From Vibrio cholerae ATCC 14035 (lineage in GTDB: Bacteria; Pseudomonadota; Gammaproteobacteria; Enterobacterales; Vibrionaceae), in assembly GCF_000621645.1 (NCBI RefSeq), contig NZ_JHXR01000022.1:30001-62000 (forward strand): 32,000 nt of DNA. The letters are read 5' to 3'. Position numbers and translations under genes: made by a program. Below are positions 9,297-19,342 of this stretch, piece after piece (position 1 is the first letter of the stretch; each line of letters begins with the position of its first letter). The notes below the pieces were generated by a model. The model was not told where the DNA came from, did not search any database, and worked only from the letters and a program-made list of their open reading frames with translations.

Positions 9297-9667
9297 CACT
9301 CTAATGCTTCTAAAGTTTTGAGTACAAATTTGATGTCGTGAACGTTGGCTCCGTCACTGACAACAGCACGTGGCGATCCATTTTCATCCGTCAACAAACT
9401 GCGTTTTACGTCTTGTTTTACTCTGTCTGTTGGGTTCTTGCCTTTTTTGAGCTAGCTAAAGGAACCTTAGTTTGGCAGCCATCCATTAATATAGAACGCC
9501 AATCAATACCTTTGTTAATCATTCCATTTTGCCAAATTAGTTCAAATACACTTGCATCTCGACGCTTTTGAAAGCGACGATGTGCAGAGCTAGAGGTAAA
9601 AATACTCGCCGCGTTAAGCGTATTCCACTGACAACCAGTTCTTAGAACAAAAAGAATGCCGTTAGGA
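9297..9667 (-). mobile_element. IS5-family transposase remnant, truncated at both ends and frameshifted
   Basis: The minus-strand translation gives DPNGILFVLRTGCQWNTLNAASIFTSSSAHRRFQKRRDASVFELIW. In another frame it gives GKNPTDRVKQDVKRSLLTDENGSPRAVVSDGANVHDIKFVLKTLEAL. Both are hallmark blocks of IS5/IS427-type DDE transposases. No start codon, DDE C-terminal half or terminal inverted repeats are present. Confidence 0.7.
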
Positions 9668-10936
9668 TCACATCTGCTTCCATGTGGGGGGCGGTGGAAG
9701 TTTATTTTTCAATTGCTTTGTACCAGTCACAGATAGGCTACCTCTGGCTGCCTCTTCTATATGCTCGCTCCACCAGCACATCATTGGTTTTCTGCGTTCT
9801 AAGTAGTCAGTGCGGTTATAGGCACTGCGTACTTGGTTATCGTCCACGTGAGCCAATGCCGACTCAACCAAGTCTGGATCAAAGCCTTGTTCGTTGAGTG
9901 TGGTACTCGCTAGAGAGCGCAAACCGTGACTAACCAGCCTTCCAGCAAACCCCATACGTTTCAATGCCATATTTGCCGTTTGGCTGTTGCAGGGCTTTTT
10001 CGGGGCTCTATCCGACGGAAAAATAAAATCACGATGGCCACTTATCGGTTTCATTACTTCCAATAGCGCCAGCATCTGCTCTGTGAGCGGGATGCGGTGT
10101 TCTCTTCTTTTTTTCATTCTTTCAGCAGGAATGGTCCAAACCTTTTCTTCCCAATTAATTTCATCCCAACGTGCACCAGATGCTTCCGCTGGGCGCGTCA
10201 TGGTGTGTAGTTGCCACTCAAGTAAACAACGGGTAGTGCGTTTGATACTGGCATTAGCGATTGCGCTCATGAGTTCGGGCAGTTCTGCTGGTGTCAGTGC
10301 TGCCATGTTTTCTTTTTTTGGTTTCTTGAAGGCGGCTTTGATGCCAGTTAATGGATTGGCCTGGATAAGACCGCAGTTAGTGGCGAAGTTCATCACTTCA
10401 TTGAGTCGCTGTGTTAAACGTTTGACGGTTTCTAGGCTACCTTTGGCTTCAATCGGTTTGAGTAGTTCTATGATCTCCGGAGCGGTGATCGCTTTTACCG
10501 GTTTGTCGGAAATGTGCGGGAAGATATGTAGCTCTAATGAACGCCAGATATCAAGGGCGTAATCCGGTGTCACATCATTCTGTTTGATGGCAAACCAATC
10601 CTTTGTGACGTTCTCAAAGGTGTGCTCATGGATCTCTTTATGTACTTGTTGTTGGCGTTTTCGATCGTCTTGTGGATCGATGCCTTGTGCGATCAGCTCT
10701 TTGGCAGAAAGTAAGCTTTTTCTTGCTTGTAAAAGGGAGATGTCTGGGTACATTCCAAAGCTTAAGTTAGCTCGTTTACCGTTTGTGGGGCGATAGTAGT
10801 TGAAGATCCACTGCTTTGAACCGTTAGGTTTGATTCTAAGTCGCAAGCCATCACCATCGAAAAGATTATATTCTTTCTCTCTAGGTTTGGAGGCTTTGAT
10901 CTCTTTATCTGTCAGCTTTACTGTGTTTTTTGCCAT
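9668..10936 (-). CDS. int: Island integrase, P4-family tyrosine recombinase
   Basis: 422 codons with an N-terminal arm-binding-type domain (LTDKEIKASKPREKEYNLFDGDGLRLRIKPNGSKQW). The catalytic region has the TMTRPAEA Arg, HGLRSLAST, ALAH and the AYNRTDY Tyr. The ATG lies 167 nt from the tmRNA 3' end. Confidence 0.95.
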   Translation of the reverse strand: MAKNTVKLTDKEIKASKPREKEYNLFDGDGLRLRIKPNGSKQWIFNYYRPTNGKRANLSFGMYPDISLLQARKSLLSAKELIAQGIDPQDDRKRQQQVHKEIHEHTFENVTKDWFAIKQNDVTPDYALDIWRSLELHIFPHISDKPVKAITAPEIIELLKPIEAKGSLETVKRLTQRLNEVMNFATNCGLIQANPLTGIKAAFKKPKKENMAALTPAELPELMSAIANASIKRTTRCLLEWQLHTMTRPAEASGARWDEINWEEKVWTIPAERMKKRREHRIPLTEQMLALLEVMKPISGHRDFIFPSDRAPKKPCNSQTANMALKRMGFAGRLVSHGLRSLASTTLNEQGFDPDLVESALAHVDDNQVRSAYNRTDYLERRKPMMCWWSEHIEEAARGSLSVTGTKQLKNKLPPPPTWKQM

Positions 10937-10940
10937 GATG

Positions 10941-10988
10941 GGTACACCAGATTAACACGATAAAATCAGTGTACCTTGTAGTGTACCT
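10941..10988. repeat. Three copies of a GTGTACC motif in the int upstream region (two direct, one inverted)
   Basis: AGTGTACCT occurs at 10968-10976 and 10980-10988 (12-bp period). GGTACAC, its reverse complement, occurs at 10941-10947, directly upstream of the int ATG. These are candidate integrase arm-type or regulator binding sites. Confidence 0.4.
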
Positions 10989-11062
10989 AAAAATCAAAGC
11001 TGCTATGGAATCTTGTGGAATAGCTATGAATGCTAAGTTATTGATTTTTTAATTGTTTTATA

Positions 11063-11091
11063 TAAGAAAAAAGACGCCCGGAGACGTCTTT
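11063..11091 (-). terminator. Rho-independent terminator downstream of ssrA
   Basis: On the minus strand: AAAGACG-TCTCCGGG-CGTCTTT followed by TTTCTTA, beginning 12 nt after the tmRNA CCA end. Confidence 0.65.
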
Positions 11092-11102
11092 AAACTATGA
11101 TT

Positions 11103-11469
11103 TGGTGGAGCTGGGGGGAGTTGAACCCCCGTCCGAAAACCATTCATCTTTGGTACTACATGCTTAGTCGATCTTTAATTTCACCACCGCCTGCGAACCG
11201 ACACGCTAACGAATGGCTAACCTGAATTAGATCTCGCGCTTCATCCCTCAGGTGGGGGAATCCACGCCAGCTTGATTTGGTTTGACCTTCCTTATTTCCC
11301 CGTCTTACAAGCGGAAGCTAGGGAGGAAGGGCTCTGAGCAGGGTATTAAGCTGCTAGTGCGTAGTTTTCGTCGTTTGCGACTATTTTTTTGCGGTTTGTT
11401 AACGAGGCCTACCGCACCTCGGCATGCACCTCAGACTGCAAAATTCCCGTCGAATCCTGAATCAGCCCC
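11103..11469 (-). ncRNA. ssrA: tmRNA (SsrA)
   Basis: The minus strand begins GGGGCTGATTCAGGATTCGACGGG and ends GGACGGGGGTTCAACTCCCCCCAGCTCCACCA. The internal tag reading frame at 11346-11378 encodes ANDENYALAA-stop. Confidence 0.95.
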
Positions 11470-11537
11470 AGAGGTAACGGGTGCATAGTACCAGAATAAG
11501 TGCTTCTGTCTAGCTCCCATTTTTCAAGTGGTTACTA

Positions 11538-12023
11538 TTAGCGCAACGCGCTCTTCATCACTCGATCTTTTTGGCGTTGCCACTCTTTTTCTTTCAGATC
11601 TTCACGTTTGTCGTGCAGTTTCTTACCTTTCGCAACGCCAATTTTGATTTTGACCCACGAACGAGACCAGTAGAGTGACAATGCGGTTAGTGTCATCCCT
11701 TCACGGTTGATGCGGCCAAACAGGTTGTCCAGCTCGCGGCGTGAAAGTAGCAGCTTGCGGATACGGGTAGGGTTGGCTACCACGTGAGTGGAGGCTTGCT
11801 GCAACGGAATGATGGTCATACCGGAAATGAACGCTTCGCCATCTTTGATGTAGACGTAGCTTTCTGCAATGTTGGCTTTACCTTGGCGAAGTGATTTGAC
11901 TTCCCAGCCTTGTAGCTCCATGCCGGCTTCAAATTCATCTTCGATGAAGTATTCGTGGCGAGCTTTTTTGTTCAGCGCGATAGTGTTGCTACCCGCTTTG
12001 GTATTGGTTTTCTTTTTTGTCAT
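11538..12023 (-). CDS. smpB: SsrA-binding protein SmpB
   Basis: 161 codons, with [28 protein letters not shown] and a basic C-terminal tail typical of SmpB. It is adjacent to ssrA. Confidence 0.97.
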   Translation of the reverse strand: MTKKKTNTKAGSNTIALNKKARHEYFIEDEFEAGMELQGWEVKSLRQGKANIAESYVYIKDGEAFISGMTIIPLQQASTHVVANPTRIRKLLLSRRELDNLFGRINREGMTLTALSLYWSRSWVKIKIGVAKGKKLHDKREDLKEKEWQRQKDRVMKSALR

Positions 12024-12206
12024 AGTGGGCGCATTATACGGATTGGTCAGCGGTTAGGAAACGCTTTTGTTTGCCGTAGCATACGGTTATCTGCGCGATG
12101 ACTCAAGCGCTGTATTGTGTTGTGCGAGCCTGATGGCTTGAGGTGCTGGGGGGATGAAAGTACAATCCGTTTTCCCAAGCTGTTTGAGTCGTGGTAAGGA
12201 GTGAAA

Positions 12207-12641
12207 ATGAAACAAGTGAGTCGTTCTGCCTTGGTCTCGTTTAGTGCAGAGCAGATGTTTCATTTGGTCAATGATGTGGCGCGTTATCCTGAGTTTTTGC
12301 CCGGTTGTTCGGGTTCTTGTGTGCTGGAGCAGAGTGAGGCACATATGGTGGCATCGGTGGATGTTTCAAAAGCGGGGATCAGTAAGACGTTTACCACCTC
12401 GAATCAATTGACGCCCGGGGTGTCGATTGCCATGAGCTTGGTGGATGGGCCTTTTAAAACGCTGCGCGGTGGATGGTTTTTCACTCCGTTGGATGAAGCC
12501 GCGTGTAAAGTTGAGCTGCGTTTGGAGTTTGAGTTTTCCAGCAAAATGATTGAGTTGGCGTTTGGCAAAATTTTTAATGAATTGACCAGCAATATGGTGA
12601 ATGCGTTTACTCGCCGAGCAAAACAGGTGTATGGAGAGTGA
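12207..12641 (+). CDS. ratA: SRPBCC-family protein RatA/YfjG
   Basis: Close to E. coli RatA as recalled ([34 protein letters not shown]). The ATG at 12207 follows the SD AAGGAG (12196-12201). The listed ORF begins at a GTG two codons earlier. Confidence 0.9.
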   Translation: MKQVSRSALVSFSAEQMFHLVNDVARYPEFLPGCSGSCVLEQSEAHMVASVDVSKAGISKTFTTSNQLTPGVSIAMSLVDGPFKTLRGGWFFTPLDEAACKVELRLEFEFSSKMIELAFGKIFNELTSNMVNAFTRRAKQVYGE

Positions 12642-12949
12642 TGATGAGCAGTGAAATGATTCATGTTGAAGTGGTGTATGCGCTACCGCATGAGCAACGT
12701 GTACTCAAGCTGGTGGTTGAGCAATCGGCAACGGTGGAAGAGATCATCCGTACCTCAGGCATTTTGCAGATGTATCCTGAGATTGATCTGACGGTCAATA
12801 AGGTGGGCATTTTCAGCCGGAATGTGAAGTTGGATGCTAGGGTGCGAGATAAAGATCGGATTGAGATTTATCGCCCATTATTGGCTGACCCGAAAGAGAT
12901 TCGCCGTAAACGTGCGGAGCAAGCCAAAGCGGCCGCTAATCAAAGTTAA
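12641..12949 (+). CDS. rnfH: RnfH/YfjF (RatB) ubiquitin-fold protein
   Basis: VEVVYALP...VGIFSR...[22 protein letters not shown] matches the RnfH family. The start overlaps the ratA stop; the exact ATG (12641, 12644 or 12656) is uncertain. Confidence 0.85.
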   Translation: MMSSEMIHVEVVYALPHEQRVLKLVVEQSATVEEIIRTSGILQMYPEIDLTVNKVGIFSRNVKLDARVRDKDRIEIYRPLLADPKEIRRKRAEQAKAAANQS

Positions 12950-12980
12950 TGTGACGGCTGAAGAATCAACACCAAAAAAA

Positions 12981-13010
12981 GAAAAGGCTTGTGAAAGCCT
13001 TTTCTTTTTT
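12981..13010. terminator. Bidirectional terminator between rnfH and bamE
   Basis: GAAAAGGCTT-GTGA-AAGCCTTTTC is flanked by an A-run upstream and a T-run downstream, so it can serve both convergent genes. Confidence 0.75.
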
Positions 13011-13026
13011 AATCAGCAAAGTGCGC

Positions 13027-13386
13027 TTAGTTGACGCCTTCGAAGAAAGAATCGCCAGCAGGGAAATCTCCCGCGACATTGACTAGCTTGCCACCATCGT
13101 TAAATTTCACGATCAGGTTCTTTTGTACCGGATCGTTATGGCCTTGGGTGTGGTGGTAAATGTAATACCAAGTATCTGGGTAGCCATTTTCAACCAACAT
13201 AGGTGAGCCGAGAACAAAACGAACTTGATCTTTGCTCATGCCAAACTTGAGCTGATCGACGGATTGTTGATCAACATAGTTACCCTGATTGATATCGATT
13301 CGATACACCAAGCGCTCTAATAAAGAGCAGCCGGATAAGGCGGTGACGGCAAGGGGAAGGGCGATGAACCACTTAGTAAACTGCAT
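13027..13386 (-). CDS. bamE: Outer membrane protein assembly factor BamE (SmpA/OmlA lipoprotein)
   Basis: [20 protein letters not shown] lipobox followed by [33 protein letters not shown] (BamE fold family). The ATG at 13386 is preferred over the longer listed ORF. Confidence 0.9.
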   Translation of the reverse strand: MQFTKWFIALPLAVTALSGCSLLERLVYRIDINQGNYVDQQSVDQLKFGMSKDQVRFVLGSPMLVENGYPDTWYYIYHHTQGHNDPVQKNLIVKFNDGGKLVNVAGDFPAGDSFFEGVN

Positions 13387-13437
13387 TGTTAAAACTCTCT
13401 GTCCCTCAGGGCTAAAAACTTGGCTGATAATAAACAA

Positions 13438-13476
13438 GCTCAGAGCAGATGTAAAAACCTCGATCGTGCTCTGAGC
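13438..13476 (-). terminator. Hairpin downstream of recN
   Basis: GCTCAGAGCA (13438-13447) pairs with TGCTCTGAGC (13467-13476). On the minus strand it is followed by TTGTTTATT. The loop is long (19 nt), so this is only moderately convincing. Confidence 0.4.
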
Positions 13477-13544
13477 CTATTGAGACTGTGAATTTTGAGT
13501 TTGGTTGCAAAGCTGAACAAAAAATCCAGTGATGCGATATGAAA

Positions 13545-15209
13545 TTAGGCTGCGATTAATAGCTCTTTAGCATTCGCGAGCGTGGATTCGGTAATTTGGC
13601 TGCCTCCGAGCAAGCGTGCAAGTTCAGCAATGCGCTGTTCTTGATCCAGTTTGAGCATTTGCGTTTCGGTTTTGCCTGCTTTGGTCTGTTTGGCGACAAA
13701 CAGTTGATGGTGTCCGCAACCTGCCACTTGCGGTAAGTGGGTGACACACAGTACTTGAGTCGACTCGCCCAATTTGCGCAGTAGTTTGCCAACTACGGCT
13801 GCTGTTGGCCCTGAAATACCCACGTCAACTTCATCAAAAATCAGGCTTGGAGTATCGACTTTCTGCGCAGTAATCACTTGGATCGCCAATGACATCCGTG
13901 ACAGTTCACCACCAGAGGCCACTTTGGCGATGGGTTGCAGCGGTTGACCCGGGTTCGTCGAGACTAAGAAAGTCACGGCATCAAAACCTAATGGCGATGA
14001 GTGCGCGCTGTCTTGCTGCACTTCGATTTTGAATTGCGCTTTTTCCATGCTCAGCTCATGCATGCTTTGGCTAATCAATTTATCCAATTCTTTGGCATAG
14101 CGAACACGAGATTTGTGCAGTTTGTCAGCGGCCGCAACAAACGTTTGGTAGAGCACGTCGACTTCACTCGCGAGTGCTGACATTTTCTCATCAGAACAAT
14201 CTAGCTGAGCAATTTGCTGTAAGAGTGCTTGGTGATGCTGATACAGCTCTTCTGGCAGTACATGATGTTTACGCGCGAGCGACATGACTTTGGAGTAGCG
14301 CTCTTCTACATACGCCATGCGTTCTGGGTCGACATCAATCGAATCCAAGTAATTGCGCAGTTCATGGTAAGTCTCTTCAAGTTGGATCAGCGCTTCGGCC
14401 ACCATTGAAGGGAGCGCTGTCAGTTTGCTATCCATTTCAGCCAGATCAATCAGCGTATGGCTAACACTTTGTAAAAGGCCTAAGGCGTTTACTTCTTCCC
14501 CTTCATTGAGCAGTTCAATCGCGCGTTGGCAGTTGAGTGCCAGATCGCCGCTATTGGCTAAGCGTTTTTGCTCTTGTTCTAGCTCGACAAACTCATCCTC
14601 ACCGAGAGCCAATTCGTTGAGCTCTTTGATTTGGTATTCCAAAAGTTGTAATTGTGCCTGATTTTGTTGGCTATTTTCGCGCAGCTGTTTGAGCTGATTG
14701 CTCGCTTGACGCCAATTTTGATAGGCGTGACGCGTGGCTTTGAGCAAGTCTGCATGACCTGCGTATTGATCAAGCATGCTGAGCTGATATTCCGGTTTCA
14801 TCAGTTGCTGATGTGCGTGTTGACCATGCACATTGATCAGCAGTTGCCCCAATGTTTTGAGTTGAGAGAGCGGAACTGGGCTGCCATTAATAAAGGCTTT
14901 AGAGCGCCCATCTTTGGTGATGATTCGGCGCAGAATGCACTCTTTGCCTTCAAGCAGTTCATTATCTTCTAACCAACGGCTAGCGAGCAGATTGTTATCC
15001 AGATGAAAGGCGGCGCTGACTTCGGTTTTATCTTCACCTTGACGCACCATGCTGGCTTCGGCTCGACCACCGAGACATAAACCTAAAGCATCAATCGCAA
15101 TGGATTTACCAGCACCAGTTTCACCGGTGATGGTGGTCATTCCTTTTGATAATTCGAGTTGTAGTGACTTTACGATAGCGAAGTTATTGATACTTAAGTG
15201 AGCCAGCAT
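13545..15209 (-). CDS. recN: DNA repair protein RecN
   Basis: [13 protein letters not shown]... with Walker A GETGAGKS, long coiled-coil middle and C-terminal SGGE signature. The ATG at 15209 follows the SD AGGTG. Confidence 0.95.
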
Positions 15210-15235
15210 GTTTGCACCTGTATGATTAACCAATG

Positions 15236-15251
15236 CTGTATGTTTAAACAG
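15236..15251. promoter_or_regulatory. LexA (SOS) box 1 upstream of recN
   Basis: CTGTATGTTTAAACAG fits CTGT-N8-ACAG exactly. Confidence 0.8.
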
Positions 15252-15257
15252 TTTATA

Positions 15258-15273
15258 CTGTTTCTTTATACAG
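15258..15273. promoter_or_regulatory. LexA (SOS) box 2 upstream of recN
   Basis: CTGTTTCTTTATACAG fits CTGT-N8-ACAG exactly, with TA and TA flanks. Confidence 0.8.
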
Positions 15274-15338
15274 TAAAGTCACTCAGGTAAAATTTTTTGG
15301 TCACTTTTACGCTCTATGAGCAAAATCTGTGAACGAAA

Positions 15339-16223
15339 TCAAAACAGTTTGCTCGACCAGCCAAGCTTAGTACGCAATACGTGGTAGTAACTGTAGTCTT
15401 GAGGATGGATCAGTTTCAGCACATTAGGGCTTTGATAGATGTGGATTTCATCACCAGGCGACACAGGTAATGAGACTTGTCCATCACAGCTCACTTCTTG
15501 AGTGCCGCGATTTTCAGGAGAAACCACCAGTTTAATGCGTTGATTTCCGCCCACCACTAATGGGCGGCAGGAGAGGGTATGCGGAAACATAGGCACTAAA
15601 GTAATGGCATTCAGGCTTGGCGAGAGGATCGGGCCTCCGCCGGAAAGTGAATAAGCAGTCGAGCCGGTTGGGGTTGAGACAATTAACCCATCGGAGCGCT
15701 GAGAGAAAGCGAAGTTATCATCAATATAGACTTCAAATTCAATCATATGCGCTATTTTTCCTGGATGAAGCACGGCTTCATTCAAGGCGGCATTATGGCT
15801 TTTCACTTGACCGTGGCGATGGATTTCCGCTTCAAGCAAAAAGCGAGTTTCTTGCAAATAGTGACCATCCAACACTTCTTGTAAGCGCTGTTGGAAATCT
15901 TCTGGGTTTAAATCGGTCAAAAAGCCTAAATTGCCACGATTAACCCCGATCACACTGATATCAAAGCGGGACAACACGCGCGCAGCACCAAGCATGTTGC
16001 CATCGCCACCGACCACAATCGCCAAATCGGCTTTTTTGCCCAGTTCAATCAGGCTTGCAAAATGTTCGGTGGGTAAATCGGTCAGAATTTCCCGTAAACG
16101 ATCATCGATAAACACGGTATATCCGAGCGATCTTAGCCAGTGGTAAATCTCTTTATGAGTTTGAATGGCTTGTTGATCGCGCGGTTTTCCAATGATGGCA
16201 AGAACGTTGAACGGCTTTTTCAT
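15339..16223 (-). CDS. nadK: NAD kinase
   Basis: 294 codons with the GGDGN motif ([14 protein letters not shown]) and [11 protein letters not shown](G)GGP, typical of NadK/PpnK. Confidence 0.95.
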   Translation of the reverse strand: MKKPFNVLAIIGKPRDQQAIQTHKEIYHWLRSLGYTVFIDDRLREILTDLPTEHFASLIELGKKADLAIVVGGDGNMLGAARVLSRFDISVIGVNRGNLGFLTDLNPEDFQQRLQEVLDGHYLQETRFLLEAEIHRHGQVKSHNAALNEAVLHPGKIAHMIEFEVYIDDNFAFSQRSDGLIVSTPTGSTAYSLSGGGPILSPSLNAITLVPMFPHTLSCRPLVVGGNQRIKLVVSPENRGTQEVSCDGQVSLPVSPGDEIHIYQSPNVLKLIHPQDYSYYHVLRTKLGWSSKLF

Positions 16224-16244
16224 AAGGTTTCCAACCGATTTAGG

Positions 16245-16273
16245 CTTGAATCAGAATTCATCGTCCCCATAAT
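16245..16273 (+). promoter_or_regulatory. Sigma-32 (heat-shock) promoter of grpE
   Basis: CTTGAA (16245-16250), 14-nt spacer, CCCCATAAT (16265-16273), against the consensus CTTGAAA-N13-14-CCCCATNT. Confidence 0.65.
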
Positions 16274-16368
16274 AAGGGCAAGTTGTGCTTTTATGCGAAT
16301 TTTTGTGTTGGGAAATCGACGATTAGACGATTTCTCCTGACCAGTATGAAGTGAATTTTGGAGATATC

Positions 16369-16971
16369 ATGAGCAACGAAGAGATCAAGAACAAAGACGA
16401 GCAGCTGCAACAAGACGCGGTTGAGACTGAAGCTGAAGTTGTAGGAACAGATGCCGATATCGACTGGAACCAAGCCGCTGACGAAATCGATGAGAAAGAA
16501 GCGAAAATTGCTCAGTTAGAAGCGGCGCTGCTTGTGAGCGAAGAGCGCGTGAAAGAGCAGCAAGACAGCGTACTGCGTGCCCGTGCGGAAGTCGAAAACA
16601 TGCGTCGCCGTAGCGAGCAGGAAGTGGATAAAGCACGTAAATTTGCGCTGAGCCGCTTTGCTGAAGAGCTACTGCCAGTGATTGATAACCTTGAGCGTGC
16701 GATTCAAGCCGCCGATGGTGAAGTTGAAGCGATCAAACCTCTGCTGGAAGGTGTAGAACTGACGCACAAAACTTTCGTTGATACGATTGCGAAGTTCGGC
16801 TTGAAAGAGATTAACCCGCACGGTGAAGTGTTTAACCCTGAATTCCACCAAGCCATGTCGATTCAAGAAAGCGCTGAGCATGAGCCAAACACGGTGATGT
16901 TTGTGATGCAAAAAGGCTATGAACTGAATGGTCGTGTATTACGCCCTGCTATGGTGATGGTGTCTAAGTAA
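16369..16971 (+). CDS. grpE: Nucleotide exchange factor GrpE
   Basis: [12 protein letters not shown]... acidic N-terminus, coiled coil and a C-terminal beta domain (HQAMS...[17 protein letters not shown]). The ATG at 16369 follows the SD GGAGA. Confidence 0.95.
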
Positions 16972-16995
16972 TTCCTAGACCCTGAGCGACAGAAG

Positions 16996-17025
16996 AAGCG
17001 AAGCCGATTGGCTTCGCTTTTTTAT
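16996..17025 (+). terminator. grpE rho-independent terminator
   Basis: AAGCGAAGCC-GATT-GGCTTCGCTT followed by TTTTTA. Confidence 0.8.
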
Positions 17026-17084
17026 GTTCTAAAACCGATTTATGCGCAAAAACACAATAAATCTGAATTTTTTTCACTTTTACC

Positions 17085-17112
17085 CTTGAAATGGTTTTTG
17101 AAGACCTTATTT
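17085..17112 (+). promoter_or_regulatory. Sigma-32 promoter candidate (distal) for dnaK
   Basis: CTTGAAA (17085-17091), then CCTTATTT (17105-17112) 14 nt after the CTTGAA core. Confidence 0.55.
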
Positions 17113-17161
17113 AAGGGGCATACGAGAAGCAAACAAGCCCGTTTTGGTTTGTGAGTAGGGG

Positions 17162-17188
17162 TTGAAACCCGATTCTCCATCCCCACAT
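17162..17188 (+). promoter_or_regulatory. Sigma-32 promoter candidate (proximal) for dnaK
   Basis: TTGAAA (17162-17167), 13-nt spacer, CCCCACAT (17181-17188), about 47 nt upstream of the dnaK ATG. Confidence 0.6.
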
Positions 17189-17234
17189 TAGGGGTATACA
17201 AACTCGAACATAGAATTTTTTTGGAGATAGCCTG

Positions 17235-19142
17235 ATGGGTAAAATCATTGGTATTGACTTAGGTACTACAAACTCATGTGTTGCTGTGCTGGACGGCGAC
17301 AAGCCTCGCGTAATTGAAAACGCAGAGGGTGAGCGTACTACTCCTTCTGTAATTGCATACACAGACGGTGAAACTCTGGTGGGTCAACCTGCGAAACGTC
17401 AAGCAGTCACTAACCCACAAAACACGCTATTTGCAATCAAGCGTCTGATCGGTCGTCGTTTTGAAGACGAAGAAGTTCAGCGCGATATCAAAATCATGCC
17501 TTACAAAATTGTTAAGGCTGACAACGGTGATGCTTGGGTTGAAGCGAAAGGCCAAAAAATGGCCGCTCCTCAAGTGTCTGCTGAAGTGCTGAAGAAAATG
17601 AAGAAAACCGCGGAAGATTTCCTCGGCGAACCCGTTACTGCAGCAGTTATCACTGTACCTGCTTACTTTAACGATGCTCAGCGTCAAGCAACCAAAGATG
17701 CTGGCCGTATCGCAGGTCTAGAAGTGAAACGTATCATCAACGAGCCAACCGCAGCAGCTCTGGCTTATGGCCTAGACAAGCAAGGCGGTGATCGCACTAT
17801 CGCGGTGTATGACCTTGGTGGTGGTACATTCGATATCTCTATCATTGAGATCGATGAAGTTGAAGGCGAGAAAACCTTCGAAGTTCTGTCTACCAACGGT
17901 GACACTCACCTAGGTGGTGAAGATTTTGACAACCGCATGATCAACTACCTAGTTGACGAGTTCAAGAAAGACCAAGGCATCGACCTGCGTAACGACCCGC
18001 TGGCAATGCAACGTCTGAAAGAAGCGGCTGAGAAAGCGAAAATCGAACTTTCTTCTGCGCAGCAAACTGACGTTAACCTGCCATACATCACCGCAGATGC
18101 GACCGGTCCTAAGCACATGAACATCAAAGTGACTCGTGCGAAACTGGAAGCGCTGGTTGAAGATCTGGTTCAACGTTCTCTGGAACCACTGAAAGTTGCT
18201 CTGGCGGATGCTGATCTGTCTGTGAACGACATTACTGACGTTATCCTAGTCGGTGGTCAAACTCGTATGCCAATGGTTCAGAAGAAAGTAGCTGAATTCT
18301 TTGGTAAAGAGCCACGTAAAGACGTGAACCCAGACGAAGCGGTAGCGGTAGGTGCTGCGGTTCAAGGCGGTGTTCTAGCGGGTGAAGTAAAAGACGTTCT
18401 GCTGCTAGACGTAACGCCTCTGTCTCTGGGTATTGAAACCATGGGCGGTGTGATGACTAAACTCATCGAGAAAAACACCACTATCCCAACCAAAGCGAAC
18501 CAAGTGTTCTCTACGGCGGAAGATAACCAAAGCGCAGTAACCATCCACGTACTGCAAGGTGAGCGTAAGCAAGCGATGTACAACAAATCTCTGGGTCAAT
18601 TTAACCTAGAGGGCATCAACCCTGCGCCACGTGGTATGCCACAAATCGAAGTTATCTTCGACTTGGATGCAGACGGTATCCTGCACGTTTCAGCCAAAGA
18701 CAAACAGACTGGTAAAGAGCAGAAGATCACTATCCAAGCTTCTGGCGGTCTGAGCGATGCTGAAATCGAAAAAATGGTTCAAGAAGCTGAAGCGAACAAA
18801 GAAGCGGACAAAAAGTTCGAAGAGTTAGCGACTGCGCGTAACCAAGCAGACCAGATGATCCACGCAACTCGCAAACAAATCACAGAAGCAGGCGAAGCAC
18901 TGCCAGCGGATGAGAAAGCGAAGATCGAAACGGCGATCAACGAGCTAGAAACAGCGAAAAAAGGCGAAGACAAAGCGGAAATCGATGCCAAAGTGCAAGC
19001 ACTGATGGCGGCGGCACAGAAGCTGATGGAAATCGCACAGCAACAAGCTCAAGCACAAGGTGCAAACGCGGGTCAATCTTCAGCTAAAGAAGATGACGTA
19101 GTGGACGCTGAGTTTGAAGAAGTTAACGACGATAAGAAGTAA
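17235..19142 (+). CDS. dnaK: Molecular chaperone DnaK (Hsp70)
   Basis: 635 codons beginning [18 protein letters not shown], with DLGGGTFD and the other Hsp70 signatures throughout. Confidence 0.98.
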
Positions 19143-19151
19143 TTGAGTGAT

Positions 19152-19175
19152 ACCGCACGAAATCATGCGTGCGGT
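19152..19175 (+). terminator. Hairpin after dnaK (partial terminator or attenuator)
   Basis: ACCGCACG-N8-CGTGCGGT followed by TTGCTGAGTTCTT. A second hairpin, CGGGCGT/ACGCCCG, lies at 19206-19233. Confidence 0.4.
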
Positions 19176-19342
19176 TTGCTGAGTTCTTATTGAACTTTGA
19201 AGCAGCGGGCGTTTGAGGAAACTCTTACGCCCGTCTGTTTGAAGCGTGTCGCTACAGATAAAGGCAACGGGATCCCCCTTATCTATATCGATACCCACCG
19301 AGCGGCGTAGCCGTTGGCAGTAATAAATTGGTGACTGAGAAC

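Larger units (their letters stand above)
1..11102. mobile_element. Distal (acf) end of a VPI-1/TCP-type genomic island integrated at ssrA; the left part of the island lies outside the window
   Basis: AT-rich block carrying acfB/C, tagE, acfA/D, integrase and transposase remnants. It ends with a P4-type integrase whose 5' end faces the 3' end of tmRNA, which is the classic tmRNA-island arrangement. The exact att core cannot be fixed without the other island end. Confidence 0.8.

Noticed and set aside
8985-9571. Plus-strand ORFs 8985-9167 and 9338-9571.
   Set aside because: They are antisense to the integrase pseudogene and the IS5 transposase fragment respectively, and those minus-strand homologies explain the region.
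9668-9712. Possible degenerate copy of the ssrA 3' end (att remnant) at the int stop / IS-fragment boundary. TGTGGGGGGCGGTGGAAGTTTA shares a G6 run, GGTGGA and AGTT with tmRNA-end TGGTGGAGCTGGGGGGAGTTGA.
   Set aside because: The shared pieces are in a different order and need a 9-nt gap. By eye this is not distinguishable from chance, and it also encodes the int C-terminal tail. It is worth a formal alignment only once the true att core is known.
9987-10562. 191-codon plus-strand ORF, with neighbours 9682-9897 and 10584-10796.
   Set aside because: Entirely antisense to the well-supported integrase gene. Its Ser/Cys/Ala-rich low-complexity translation is typical of a shadow ORF.
12087-12344. 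85-codon minus-strand ORF in the smpB-ratA divergent region.
   Set aside because: It overlaps the ratA start and promoter region in antisense, has an Arg/Thr/His-rich composition, and shows no SD.
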